Below are positions 1-11,870 of a DNA stretch of 64,000 nt, piece after piece. Below the pieces are notes generated by a model. That model saw only the letters and a program-made list of their open reading frames with translations, was not told the origin of the DNA and searched no databases. Each line of letters starts with the position of its first letter. Position 1 is the stretch's first letter. A program made the translations under genes and the position numbers. The DNA is from Squalus acanthias. Lineage: Eukaryota. The stretch is from the NCBI GenBank assembly GCA_030390025.1, contig CM059433.1, positions 12,588,001-12,652,000 of the forward strand. The letters are read 5' to 3'.

Positions 1-376
1 ATATTCAAATATTTTGAAAGTTAGAGACACTGGTATCAATTTTATAATATAAGGTAAATTCAGCTCCCAGTGGAAAGCCTCACTGGGCAACAATGAAAGT
101 CAGAGATAGGGTTATAACGCTAAGGCCCGATTATTTAGTGAGGTTTCACATTGGGAGCCTCGCCTCACCGAATTCACATTTATTTACAGGAATAATAGAA
201 TGAAAAGTATATTCTTTGTCAGTGGAATACTTCTTTCTTATCAGGTGATTGTATTACAACCCAAGTATTGTTTTTTAAAAAAAAAGGGGTATCCAAACTG
301 CAGCCTGTGGGTCACCTGCGGCCCCTGAAACCTAGCAATCTGGCCCTACAAGCTCAACCAACTCCTGCCTATTTGT

Positions 377-576
377 AGCAACAACAGAAACCGCTGGAAA
401 AACTCAGCAGGCCAGGCAACATCCGTGGAGAGAGAAAGAGAGTTAACGTTTCAGGTCGAAACCCTTCGTCAGAACTCAGTTCTGTTTCTCTCTCCACGGA
501 TGTTGCTTGGCCTGCTGAGTTTTTCCAGCGTTTTCTGTTGTTGTTTCAATTTTCCAGCATCCGCAGTATTTTGCTA
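377..576. mobile_element. Penelope-like terminal-repeat fragment arranged as an inverted (fold-back) pair
   Basis: Arms ~380-437 and ~484-544 are reverse complements. A 14-bp direct repeat TCCTGCCTATTTGT flanks it (363-376, 577-590). It contains a hammerhead core. Confidence 0.75.
440..477 (-). ncRNA. Minimal type I hammerhead ribozyme motif
   Basis: Minus strand reads GAGUU-CUGACGA-AGGGUUUCGACCU-GAAAC-GUU-AACUC. Stem I is GAGUU/AACUC, both core boxes are intact, stem II is UUCG-capped, and stem III is the palindrome AACGUU. Confidence 0.75.
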
Positions 577-984
577 TCCTGCCTATTTGTGCTTATTTTT
601 CTTATTTTCTGGTTTATCCTGTCTGAGTTTTGTGGGCCTGGAGGATCGGAAGAGGCTGCTTTTTAGCACAGTTGCCTCGCTGGTGGCTAAATCCTAAATC
701 AGAACACCGAGATCTGTTAGTCTTGAGATGGATGCAAATTAATAGGAACGTGAATTTAAGCTTAATATGTGGCCCCAAGTCTTCATGCTACATACTTGTG
801 TGGGCCATGAAAACAAAAAGTTTGGACAGTCTTGTCCTAAAGGGTACAGGCTATGAAATGTATTATCTGTTTTTTTTGTGAAAGTAGCTAAAATATTTGC
901 GCTTCAACTTCCACTTATAGTTCTTACCTTCTCTTTCCTCTTTGTTCTGGCCAGTCTGAGCAAGGTGTTTGCCTCATAACCACC

Positions 985-1090
985 AGTTCTGATGGAGGGT
1001 ATCACATGAAGCACCAGCCTCTCTTTCCCTATCGGAGGCTGCTTTGTGTTTCCAGCATTTCTGTGTTTATTTCACATTTCCAGCACCATT
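985..1090 (+). mobile_element. Old degraded Penelope-like terminal fragment with decayed hammerhead core
   Basis: AGTTCTGATGGAGGG...TGAAGC followed by TTTCCAGCATTTCTGTGTTTATTTCACATTTCCAGCA, similar to the 377-576 and 54316-54486 elements. Confidence 0.45.
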
Positions 1091-2098
1091 TTTCCTTTTG
1101 ATCAGTGCGTTCTTGGGGACGATGTTTGGGAACTACTCAAGCTTTCCCTCGCTGTTTATGAAAACGTTTGATTCCCCGCGAGTGTGTTACAGCCTCAAAT
1201 TACATGAAAGGTGGTGAGTTCCTTTGCAACCCATCGTTTGAAAAATGTGCTCGTCTGTGCGATCCAGTGTCAATTTGGGTCAGCAGCCTGATGGTCTATG
1301 AAAGATTGCATCATTTTGCATCATCAGCTTGTTGTGTCTGTTTGGGGCTTCACCTAGAGGCAGCTGCAGTCAAGGAGTGATGACGCTAACAGAGGTTAAA
1401 AAAAAAAATTCACATGATATGAAAAATATTGATGGATGGCAAAGGATTACAGGCAGTATTTCAGTCTCAGGGTTCAAATGACAAACACATTTCTTTTGTG
1501 GTTAATTCTGAATAACGCAACAGGATTACTGCCTTGTAATCCGTTTGCCACCCACTCAGTATCCTCCATATAGCATACTCCCAGGCATCTGTTAAAAGTG
1601 GCTGTAGAAAACAATGTTATGACTTGAGAGTTACACTGCCACCTCCACATAACACTCTGGCCAGGGAAAGTCAAGATCTGCACATGTGCACAAACAGGCA
1701 GTGCAGAGCTCCGATTAATCGCACTCAAATATATGTTAAATGCCAATGTTAGCAAAGAGCCACTGGGATGGCTAGCTTTAAAGTTTCACTTCACAACAGC
1801 TGCAGTTAAAGTGGCCTGAGAGCACACCTCATACCTAAATTCAATTCAGGTGCTTTCACGCCTCATTCATACGACAGGGTTTGTGGTGGTGCAAAGCTGC
1901 TCTATAACAATGCAAAATGTATGGGGAAACTGGCTTGTGAGGAATTTGTTTTGTATAGGGCTTGTAAAGTCATTTGTAAGAAACTGTTTGCACAATAGAT
2001 GCCAGTTACTTACAATGGTTTAACATATAGATAAGTTTAAGCTAGCTTTGGAGTTTGATGGTAGACTTTCTCATTTATGCTACAGATAAGTGCGTCTT

Positions 2099-3255
2099 GA
2101 ATCATAGAATGATATGGCACAGAAGGAGGCCATTCGGCCCATCGTGCCTGTGCCGGCTCTTTGATACAGCTCTCCAATTAGTCCCACTCCCCCTGCTCTT
2201 TCCCAATAGCCCAGAAAATGTTCCCCCTTCAAGTATTTATCCAATTCCCTTTTGAAAGATATTATTGAATCTGCTTCCACCGCCCTTTCAGGCAGCGCAT
2301 TCCAGATCACAACAACTCGCTGTGTAAAATGTTTTTTTCCTCATATCGCCTCTGGTTCTTTTGCTGCATTGTGTACCATCTACAAGATGCACTGCAGCAA
2401 CTCGCCAAGGCTTCTTTGACAGCACCTCCCAAACCCGCGACCTCTACCACCTAGAAGGACAAGGGCAGCAGGCGCATGGGAACACCATCACCTCCAAGTT
2501 CCCCTCCAAGTCACACATCATCCTGACTTGGAAATATATCGCCGATCCTTCATCGTTGCTGGGTCAAAATCCTGGAACTCCCTCCCTAATAGCACTGTGG
2601 GAGTACCTTCACCACACGGACTGCAGCAGTTCAAGAAGGTGGCTCACCACCACCTTCTCAAGGGCAACTAGGGATGGGCAATAAACTCTGGCCTTGCCCA
2701 CATCCTGTGAATGAATTTTTAAAAACTTACCTGAAATCTGTGTCCTCTGGTTACCAACTTTCTGTTACCGGAAACGGTTTATCCTTATTTACTCTATCAA
2801 AATCCTTCATGATTTTGAATACCTCTATCAAATCTCCCTTTAACCTTCTCTACTCTAATGAGAACAACCCCAGTTTGTCTCTCCACATAACTGAAGTCTT
2901 TCAATCCTGGTACCATTCTAGTATAAATCTCCTCTGCACCCTCTCTAATGCCTTGACATCCTTCCTAAAGTGTGGTGCCCAGAATTGGATACAATAATCC
3001 ATCTGGGGCCGAACTAGTGTTTTATATAGATTTAGCATAACTCCATTGCTTTTGTACTTTTTGCCTCTATTTATACAACCAAGTATCCCGTATGCCTTTT
3101 TAACAGCCTTCTCAACTTCTTCCGCTGCCTTCAAAGACTTGCGTACGTACACCCCCGGGTCTCTCTGGTCCTGCATCCCGTCTAAAATTGTACCATTTAG
3201 TTTATTTTGCCTCAGTCATTCTTCCTACCGAAATGAATCTGCTCTGTGTTAAATT
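2099..3255 (-). mobile_element. CR1 LINE 3' fragment, interrupted at ~2363-2726
   Basis: ORFs 2080-2310 (WNALPERAVEA) and 2901-3176 (LYKTLVRP..YCIQFWAPH) are CR1 ORF2 C-terminus. The CR1 3' UTR and ATTCTATG-type tail are present. Confidence 0.9.
2363..2726 (+). mobile_element. 3' fragment of the third LINE family (same as 26986-27910 and 43771-46130)
   Basis: Near-identical to 27535-27900 and 45765-46125. Ends AGGGCAACTAGGGATGGGCAATAAA...TGAATGAATTTTTAAAAA. Confidence 0.85.
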
Positions 3256-3325
3256 TCACCAGTCTGCCTGAGATCTACATAAAAGTGGACTTACCTGATA
3301 TTTTCCTCCGTGATTTAGACTCAAT

Positions 3326-4006
3326 GGGCTGGATTTTGATACTGGGGCGGGTTGGGGTCGTGTCATCCGCATTTCATGTTATCCACCCGACTGCAATTGG
3401 ATGTGGGAGATTGATGCAATTTTCACCTAATTGGGCAATTGAGTTCCAGCATGTGGGAACCCATGAACCAATTAGTGGTTTCAGTCTGAAAGTCGCCTCT
3501 GATGATGTCATCATTGCTGCTGCATTGCAGGTCAGAGACTGCCTGGCCTTTGCTGTGAGAGGACCTGGATGCAAAATGAGCAGCAGCTCTATCTGTAGGA
3601 GAGAGAGAGAGAGAGAGAGAGAATTTTTTTTGCTCCACCACTCCCAGATGCCAGCCAGCCACTCACTGATACTCAGCGCAGCCACTGATATTCAGCTATC
3701 CACATGTGCTCCCGCCAGGTTTCACAATCGTGTTTCAGAACAGGCGTGCTTCACGTAGAACAAGGGTTAAAATCACAAAGGCCTTTCAAAATGGCATTAT
3801 TGAGCCAATTTAGTGCTTGTTAAGGGCCTTAACAGCCTATCCCGCCTCTTAAAGGCGGGACGCAGGCGGGACCAGCAGACACGATTTCATCAAAATTGCG
3901 TGGAGGCGGGATGGAGGCGGACTTGTGCCCACCCGCCACTTTTCGTAATTTTAACCCTCCCACACACCTCCAAACCCGCCTCCATGGGTCAATGAAAATC
4001 CAGCCC
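3326..4006. mobile_element. PIF/Harbinger-type non-autonomous element
   Basis: Perfect 12-bp TIR GGGCTGGATTTT / AAAATCCAGCCC, GC-rich subterminal inverted motifs, 3-bp flanks AAT/AGT, and an internal (GA)n at ~3598-3622. Confidence 0.7.
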
Positions 4007-4689
4007 AGTGCATCTGTAAGCACATTTTTTTTTTGTCAACATGTTTATTGATTCATTAAAACTAATGCACAGAAGAAAATATCGGGTTAGATGGTTTGCC
4101 GTCTCGGAAACTTTTTATCACAACTTTAGACACTGGAGACACAGGGTTTTACAGGCAGCGAGGAGGAATCGGAAAACTCGGCACATGACCTTGCGCCCCT
4201 GATTTAATGTCTACCGCATTATGCGATGTACGATTTTGGCAGATGGGAGGAGGCCATTTAAATCTACTGGCCTCAGTTAAGTATAAAAAATATGCTATAT
4301 ATCCCACGCTGAATTTTGGGCAAAGTTTTGTCCCAAACCCCGAACTAAGTCCTTGAAAACTGGGTGGAAAAGGAAGCCTGGCCTGCTCAAAAGAGGTTCT
4401 TAAAGGGAGATAGTAGTTTTTGATAAAGCTAAAAAATAAATGTGTTTTCAAACGCATTTTGCTGCATTTTGCTCCGTGCATTAGACGACTTTGCTGGGCA
4501 GTCCTCCATTTGCTGTTCTTCGGCTGCCACCTCCTTCTTGAAGAAGAGTGTGCGGTATAGCTTAGCCGCAATGAAAGATGGTGTGCAAGAGGGCAGTAGT
4601 TGTGTGAAATGCTTGAAATGGCACCTTCCAGAGGCTGCAGCAGCTCCCAACTTAGATTTGTACAATGGTTGATGGACCCTAAATGAAAG

Positions 4690-4900
4690 GTGTGCAGGAG
4701 TGTTGAGCACACTAATCTTCATCTTGCTCCTGAGGACAGCATGGTTTTCCTCATTTGCAGCCTAATATGAGGGAGCTGGGTGACTGCATTGACTCAATGA
4801 CAACCTCCCTCCATTCAGCTTTCACTTGTGCTTTTATTGGAGGGTAGCCATCAGTTGCAATTAGGGCCAACATCCTTTAGATTCACCTCATCTAGTACCA
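4690..4900 (-). pseudogene. Decayed Myb/SANT-like (Harbinger accessory ORF) fragment
   Basis: Minus-strand reading across a frameshift gives ...IATDGYPPIKAQVKAEWREVV / VNAVTQLPHIRLQMRK..., matching the W..V...VNAV....R...Q.RK pattern of Myb_DNA-bind_5. Confidence 0.45.
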
Positions 4901-5154
4901 TCTCTATCACTGCAACATAAAGGGCACCGTGTTGCCCACATATTATCACCGTGAACAATTAATCACTTTTGTGTCACTATCATAACTTCCCCTTCAAAGG
5001 TGAACTGCATTCCTTCAAGAGCTGCTGCCTTGCAAGATATTGCGCTCCTCAGCTACAGGCCAAACTTTTCGTGTTCCAGTAGCCTGTTCAAAATAGGGGA
5101 AGGACTCCCGTTGCTAAATTCTCCATAGCTGGCCCCTGAGCTGCCGGCACTGTT

Positions 5155-5837
5155 CTGCATTCGAATGCTCTCCTGGCCGGCCTTCCACCTACCACCAACG
5201 TTCTCTCTGAGCTGCGTGGCCGCTTTTCAAATGTGAAGTTTTGGAGATGAAACTTTGAATGGCCCGCACAGCCCGTTAAAGGGACCGCGCAACCTCCCCC
5301 AAAAATGACGGGGAACATTGCCTACCACCCTTCGTAAACTTGAGCTCATACAAAACTCTGCTGCCAATAACCAAACTCTCACCATGTCCCGTTCACCCAT
5401 CACTCCTGTGCTCGCTGACCTACAGTCTGGCAACGCCTCAATTTAAAAATTCTCATCCTTGTTTTCAAATCCCACCATGACCTCACCCCTCTCTACCTCT
5501 GTAACCTCCTCCAGCCCTACAACCCTCTGAGATCTCTGCGCTCCTCGAATTCTGATCTCTTGCGGCAAACCTGATTTCCTTTGCTCGGCCGTGCCTTCAG
5601 CTGCCGAGGCCCTAAGCTCTGGAATTCCCTCCCTAAACCTCTCTACCTCTCTACCTCTCTCTCCTTCTTTAAGTCACTCGTTGAAATTTAGCTCTTTGAC
5701 CAAGCTTTTGGTCATCTGTCCTAATATCTCTTTATGTGGCTCGGTGTCAAATTTTGTTTGATAATCGCACCTGTGGAGCGCCTTGGGACGTTTTGCTACA
5801 TTAAAGGCGCTATATAAATGCAAGTTGTTGTTGTTGC
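5155..5837 (+). mobile_element. L2 LINE 3' end (contains a hAT MITE)
   Basis: L2 ORF2 tail (KLELIQNSAA..., SPITPVLADL) and a 3' end AAAGGCGCTATATAAATGCAAGTTGTTGTTG. Confidence 0.85.
5196..5320. mobile_element. 125-bp hAT-type MITE
   Basis: TIRs CAACGTTCTC / GGGAACATTG, with an exact 8-bp TSD CCTACCAC (5188-5195, 5321-5328). Confidence 0.85.
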
Positions 5838-5934
5838 TACAGACACCTGTGTCTGTGGCCATTCTCTTAATTTAGGGCCAAGGAGTAAACATTAGAGGTT
5901 ATCCTGTAGAGATTTATTATCAATTAGATAGTGT

Positions 5935-6062
5935 GTTGGTCTATTACATTACAACAGTGTCTCCACTTCAAAAGTACTTCATTGACTGTAAAGAGCTTTG
6001 AGACGTCCGGTGGTCGTGAAAGGCGCTATATAAATGCAAGTCTTTCTTTCTTTCTCTCTTTC
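5935..6062 (+). mobile_element. SacSINE1/Deu-type SINE 3' fragment
   Basis: Matches the 3' end of 13855-14326 (TACATTACAACAGTG...AAAGGCGCTATATAAATGCAAGTCTTTCTTTC). Confidence 0.8.
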
Positions 6063-6154
6063 TATTGCATCTTTGTGGCTTCTTTAAGAAAAGGTTTTCT
6101 TTTACTTGACAAAACAAGTTACGCAGACCAGAAACAGCTCAATTAAAAGATCAC

Positions 6155-6674
6155 GGGGTAAAAATTGGGTAGCGCCCCCTTTAGGGGCCATGCACTGTGG
6201 CACGTCGCGCCGCGGTACTGCAGGCCTTCCTCCCCTTATTAAAGGGGAGGGACCTGGTGCAGCACGTCCCGGCGCCCAGCTGGGCCACCAGGGATCGGGA
6301 GTGCCGGCAACCGAGCCCGGCACTCAAGAGGAGTGCTGGGCTCACAGAGAGCAGCCGGCACCCCGCGGGGGGACTTCACAGGGGCCGGGGACAGCAACGG
6401 GGGCAGGTGCTGGCAGGTGGCCAGCAACAAAAATGGTCGCCCGCCACCTCCCCTTTAACTAGCGCCGCCCCGGCCGATGTAAGCCCCCCATACCCCGGCG
6501 GACATAGCGTCCGGCAGTAAGTCAGGGGGCACCACCCAATGTTACAGCCGGGGCGCTGCGCATGGCGATGATGTCATCGCCAGCGGCGCAGCGCCGTGCG
6601 GTGCTAACAGTTAGCGCCACCGCTAACGTCTTAGGGCGCTAACGGGAGGCGCAAATCAACCGAATTTAGCCCCC
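6155..6674. mobile_element. GC-rich PIF/Harbinger-type MITE
   Basis: TIR GGGGTAAAAATTGG / CCGAATTTAGCCCC, 3-bp flank CAC/CAC, many TAGCGCC/GGCGCTA motifs. Homologous to 41679-42572 and 49185-49650. Confidence 0.75.
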
Positions 6675-6721
6675 CACAAGTTAAAATAGTACCTAATTTT
6701 TTTAATGGCGAGAGACTAGTA

Positions 6722-8410
6722 ATTGACACCAAGGTTGCGAACAGTGTGGTTCCGCCTCAGGCAGATGTTAAGGAGAGGGATGGAGTCAGTGGCTAGGGAA
6801 CGGAGTGGCTTTGGTCTTCCCAATATTTATTGGAGAAAATTTCTGCTCATCCAGAACTGGATGTTGGACAAGCAGTCTGACAATTTAGAGACTGTGGAGG
6901 GGTCGAGAGAAGTGGTGGTGAGGTAGAGCTGGGTGTCATCAGTGTACATGTGGAAACTGACGCTGTGTTTTCAGATGATGTCACCAAGGGGTAGCATGTA
7001 GATGAGAAATAGTAGCGGGCCAAGGATAGATCCTTGGGGGACACCAGAGGTAACAATGCGGGAGCAGGAAGAGAAGACGTTGCAGGTGATTCTCTGGCTA
7101 CGATTAGATAGATAAGAATGGAACCAGGCGAGTGTAGTCCCACCCAGCTAGACGACGGTGGAGAGGCGTTGGAGAAGGGTGGAGTGGTCAACTGTGTCAA
7201 AGGCCACAGACAGGTCAAGAAGGACGAGGAGGGATAGTTTACCTTTGTCACAGTCACAAAGGATGTCATTTGTGACTTTGATGGGAGCCGTTTCGGTACT
7301 GTGGCAGGGGTGGAAACCTGATTGGAGGGATTGAAACATGGAGTTGCGGGAAAGATGGGCACGGATTTGGGAGGTGACAACACGTTCAAGGACTTTGGAG
7401 AGGAAAGGGAGGTTGGAGATGGGGCGGTAGTTTGCAAAGACGGAGGGGTCAAGGGTTGGTTTTTTGAGGAGAGGGGTGATGACAGCAGATTTGAGGGGGA
7501 CAGTACCTGAGGAGAGAGAACCGTTAACAATGTCAGCTAACATGGGAGCCAGAAAAGGAAGTTGGGTGGTCAACAGTTTGGTGTGAATAGGGTCGAGGGA
7601 GCAGGAAGTGGATCTCATGTACAAGATGAGCACGGAGAGGTCATGAGGGGAGATCGGAGAGAAATTGGAGAAATATGCGAGTTCAGGGCTAGGGCAGGGG
7701 GGAACCTTAGAGAAGGTTTGGCCTGGTGGGCTAGGGGAAGGAAGGAAAGTGGCAGAGGCAGCTGAATGGATGGTCTCAATCTTAGAGACAAAAAAGTCCA
7801 TGAGCTCCTCACACTTGTTGTCGGAGGTGAGGGTGGAGAGACAGGGGAGAGGGGTTTAAGAAGACGCTTAGCAGTGGAGAATAGTAGCCGGGTTTATCTT
7901 TGCATTCCAGAATTACTCTGGAATAGTGAGCAATGTTGGCAGACGAGAGCAGGACCCGATAATGCTTTATGTGGTACAGCCAGATCTGGTGGTGAATGGC
8001 TAAACCAGTTGTCCGCCATATCCGTTCAAGTCTGCGTCCCTTGGACTTAAGGGAGCGAAGATGAGGGCGGGGTAACGGCCAGGGTGAGAGAGAGTAATTG
8101 TTTTAATAGGGACTAGGGCATCAAAGGTGGTGGTGAGGGTGTGGTTGGGCAGATCGGTAGCTGCAGAAATGTCACGGTGAATGGAGGGCCAAAGGCTGGA
8201 CAGTTGCGATTTTGTAAGTGCAGTTGTAAGAGAGTTGGGAGAGAGTTTTTTCCAGGGGCGGACACAGAAAGAAGTAGGGTTGTGGGGGGGTGGGGCAGTG
8301 GAAGGGGGATATGGGTGGAGAGCGATACGTGGAAGTGGTCAGAGATGGCCTTATCTGCGATTGACACAATGGGAGTAGCGAGGCCACGAGAGATGGCAAG
8401 GGTAGTAGAA
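6722..8410 (-). mobile_element. L2 LINE ORF2 fragment (end of endonuclease plus RT), frameshifted
   Basis: ORF 7148-7801 has KPTLDP..NYRPISNLPFLSKVLERVV, QSGF..HSTETA and LVLLDLSVAFDTVDH. A YTDD motif lies near 6935. The endonuclease motif ISDHF is in ORF 8113-8367. Confidence 0.92.
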
Positions 8411-9157
8411 ATCTGGAGCTCTCTCCTTCAATAGGCTGGGTCAAATGTTCAAGACTGAGATCGATACATTTTTGTTAGGTAAGGGCATCAAAGGCGGGTA
8501 AATGGAATTGTGGTACAGATCAGCCATGATCTAATAGAATGGTGGAATGCTTATCGTATGCATGAACTGCAAGTGTCTTATTGTGGATTCTTATTTTGCA
8601 TAGAAATAGTAAAATTACTAAAAATCCGGTCAGAATTTTTTTTGGAATTCAGTGGAATGGTGGTTAATGGGGATTTTGTCGGTATTAGTGACAATACCAT
8701 GATTCAGGAATGTGATAATTAACTGCAGTGAAAATAAAAATTCAAACTTATTGGAGTTAATTATCACTTAACGCTTCTCCCTGTAAAACTCATTCCAAAA
8801 GATATTCTAAGCAAGTCTATGTGATAAATAAAACATCACACCACTGGCAGCACGGTATGGACATTCTGTCATGCGTGTAAACCCATCATAACTCACTCCT
8901 GCAGCACTCATGATTTACAGGTCATTCATGGGTGACAGAATTTCCATGACGCATTTCTATTGGATATAACTTATGTATGTAACTTAAGTAAAATTATTGT
9001 TACCACATCTGAACAAATGAGTGGAATTCAAGAAAAGTCAGGGATCAGAAAAGCTATTCAGTCTATCAAAACTCATAGCTTTGTAATAAAGCTCCTTCAT
9101 CTTCAATCCTGATAGCCAATTACAGTGAGCTCAGAATAATTTTGCAATAAGACTCGG

Positions 9158-9858
9158 TGACCTAGAATCTCAATTGCAATTTACAGGCGTAAGAGGGTGC
9201 CTGAGGGTCCAACATGGTGGGCATTGTGTGTGTGGCCAGTCTGCATCAGAAGTCCGGCTTCCGCCATATTGGATCGGACTGCTCAGTAGGCACCCTGGGC
9301 ATACGCCTGAAACTGGCGTTAGGCCCATTGCCTATGCAAATCAGAGGCCTAACACCCGTTTCAGCTACCCCCGCCCCCTGCCCCCACCCCCTTGTGCAAT
9401 TGGTTTGCGACTGACCACTGCCTCCTGCAGTCAGTTTCTGCAGGCGCACAGCAGCCAAACCAATGGTCCTTAAAGGGACCGCTGGAAGCTGCCAACTAAA
9501 AGGTAAGTTTCAAGTTTTTATACTTACCTCCTCGCAGCTCCACATTAAAACCACGCTCCTCTGCCGGCCGCTGTTCGCCCCGTCCTGATGCCCCCCCCCC
9601 CTCCCGTACTGTCCTAAGGACCTCCGCTGGCATCTGAGCCGGCCGATCTTACTGCCACCAGCGCCCCACCCCCTGCCACCCCTGCAGCCAGCGAGCTGTC
9701 TCTGGTACTGCCTCTGGCATCCACAACTCGCTGGTACTATCCTAATGAGGCCAGCAAACCAATTTGCCTTGGTCCTACCGCCAGTCTCATTAGGCGTGTG
9801 CAGTGTGTGCTGCGCTAGGCTCCTGTTCCAATTCGGCCGCCATCCAATTTCTAGGCCC
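9158..9858. mobile_element. PIF/Harbinger-type non-autonomous element
   Basis: Degenerate TIR GACCTAGAAT / AATTTCTAGGCCC. Internal blocks (GCCTATGCAAAT, GGTCCTTAAAGGGACC) are shared with 36440-37870. Confidence 0.55.
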
Positions 9859-10399
9859 ACAAGTTTGAGAAAACAATCCTTTGTGTACCACTTTGCACCG
9901 TAATCAAAGAACTTCCTAAGACAAAAAAAGCACTTCAATGATTATAAATCAGTAGTATCAATCTTAACTGTAAAAACTGTTTTATTTCTGGTGAAGATTG
10001 CTGTTGCATAAACTGCAGAGGTTAACTGATAACGCAGCAGCCAAAAGCATTGATCTCCACTTGGATTCAGTGAGCACCATTAGTGCCTGTGCTCGCACAA
10101 TTCTAACCCTTGTTTATGCTTGGCTGCAAAATCTGTTCCTTATTTGCCAGTTCACCGTGCACAGGATTTTGAATGTTGCACTTTTAATTCACGGGTCAGT
10201 TACACTACATATTTTGTGTTGGTGCAAAGCTATTTAAAACCAAGTCAAACCTAGGAACGTTGTCTGATGGAGATGAGGCTCCCCGTCAGCACCCCCCCCC
10301 CCCCACCCAAACAGCTGCATGACACATAACAGACAAGTTTCTGAATATTGGTAATTCTGCTGCTGGCTTCCTGGTATCTGGAAAAAGTCATGCTGCACA

Positions 10400-11870
10400 T
10401 AACAAAACAGTTCGCTGTGAACGGAGCTTCTCATTTGAGTCTAAGCATTTTCAAGTGATGTCCTTATGTTGCTTAGTGGCTGGTCAAAGAGGTTTTCATT
10501 GCAGGATCGTGCTGATTGGCACCTTTCAAATGTTGTCTCCACTGTAGCCAATCATTGCTGCAGCACATTATGCATGTCAGAGGTGGAAGTATTAATCACT
10601 GATATAGATCTTTCCATCCATCCCAGCCTCTCGTCTATCATAGTGTGCATAGTGGGCACAACATTTTTCAGTATCTTGTTGGTTTTCAATTTCAAGACAG
10701 CTCCATTTACCTCTGTGCCTGTCTGTACTTCAGCTCTCGGGGAAACTGCAACCTCTGTTTGGTCTCTCCAACGCATCCTCGACCAGTGAAGGTGGCTTCT
10801 GATGAGGTGTGTGGTGCAATAGTGTTTGTAGCCTGGAAGTTAAAGGTCCTTTGGGAAGAGAGAAAAGGTAGATATTATTAGGAAACTACAGAGGTAGTAT
10901 GACACTCAGAAATACTGTTATTGCATGCAGTCTGGAAGACATGATGTGGCACTCTAAGCATATGATAACAGGTAGTAAGTTTTTAAACCATTATTGTCAT
11001 CTAAACTTCAGATCAGATTTAGTGTAGTAGCCATATGCATGGCATAGAAGGGAAGACACCTATTGGATTCAATAATCAATTATTGAAACATATAAGATTC
11101 TGAGGGGGCTTGACAGGGTAGATGCAGGGAGGATGTTTCCCCTCATGGGGGAATCTAGAACTAGGGGGCATAGTTTCAGAATAAGGGGTCGCCCATTTAA
11201 AACGGAGATGAGGAGGAATTTCTTCTCTCAGAGGGTCGTGAATCTTTGGAATTCTCTGCCCCAGAGAGCTGTGGAGGCGGAGTCATTGAATATATTCAAG
11301 GCGGAGATAGACAGACATTTGAGCTACAGGGCAGTCAAGGGTTATGGGGAGTGGGCGGGAAAGTGGAGTTGAGGCCAAGATCAGATCAGCCATGATCTTA
11401 TCGAATGGCTCGAGGGGCCAAATGGCTCTACTCCTGCTCCAATTTCTTATGTTCTTATGTTCTTATGTTCACTGACAGATAAGCCCATTTGGATCACGGT
11501 CACTTTTTAAAGACTCTTGGGACCAAAGAGTTCTGCCACAGCATTCTCTGGGTTTGTTAGAACTGTATATTCCTGTGGCTCCCCAGTGGTGTTTTTCACA
11601 GGCCCAGTGACAGAGGGGATCTTTTTGTTTGGTGATCTTGTTCACATCATGGAACTGGTTCCTCATCTCCCAGGTTCTGTCCAGAGACTGCGTTACCCAG
11701 CTTGTTATATGCTCTCAGGCATGCTTCCCGGCCGGTGGCTTGACATGGTGTGCTGCTGAGCTGAAGCTCACAACTTTCTGACGATGAGGGACTCTTCCAC
11801 ATCAATGGAAGGCACTTTTACTTGCTGTTTTCCGCATTTTATTTTGCAGGTTTCTGAGCAGCACATCTGC
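10400..11870 (-). pseudogene. Decayed two-exon-like Myb/SANT-like gene (probably Harbinger-derived)
   Basis: 11469-11870 reads, with frameshifts, ...NAVS / DRTWEMRNQFHDVNKITKQK, a Myb_DNA-bind_5 pattern. A strong acceptor CTTTTTCTCTCTTCCCAAAG ends at 10849 and precedes a coiled-coil-like reading (ORF 10552-10776). Confidence 0.5.
11080..11469 (+). mobile_element. CR1 LINE 3' fragment
   Basis: ORF 11133-11372 MFPLMGESRTRGH...VNLWNSLP, with a (GTTCTTAT)n tail. Confidence 0.95.

Larger units (their letters stand above)
285..834. mobile_element. Degraded hAT (Charlie/Chap-like) non-autonomous element, interrupted by a fold-back insertion
   Basis: Left end AGGGGTATCCAAACTG and right end AAGTTTGGACAGTCTTG resemble the CAGGGGTGTCCAAACTT type of TIR. 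Subterminal GCGGCCC/GTGGCCC motifs occur at both ends. Confidence 0.5.

Noticed and set aside
6102..6520. Overlapping GC-rich ORFs or a CpG-island promoter
   Set aside because: They lie within a TIR-bounded MITE that recurs at 41.7-42.6 and 49.2-49.6 kb, and the ORFs reflect GC content.
10552..10848. Exon of a known coiled-coil host gene (e.g. angiopoietin-like)
   Set aside because: No diagnostic residues, it contains stops and frame breaks, and it is better explained as the downstream part of the adjacent Myb/SANT remnant.
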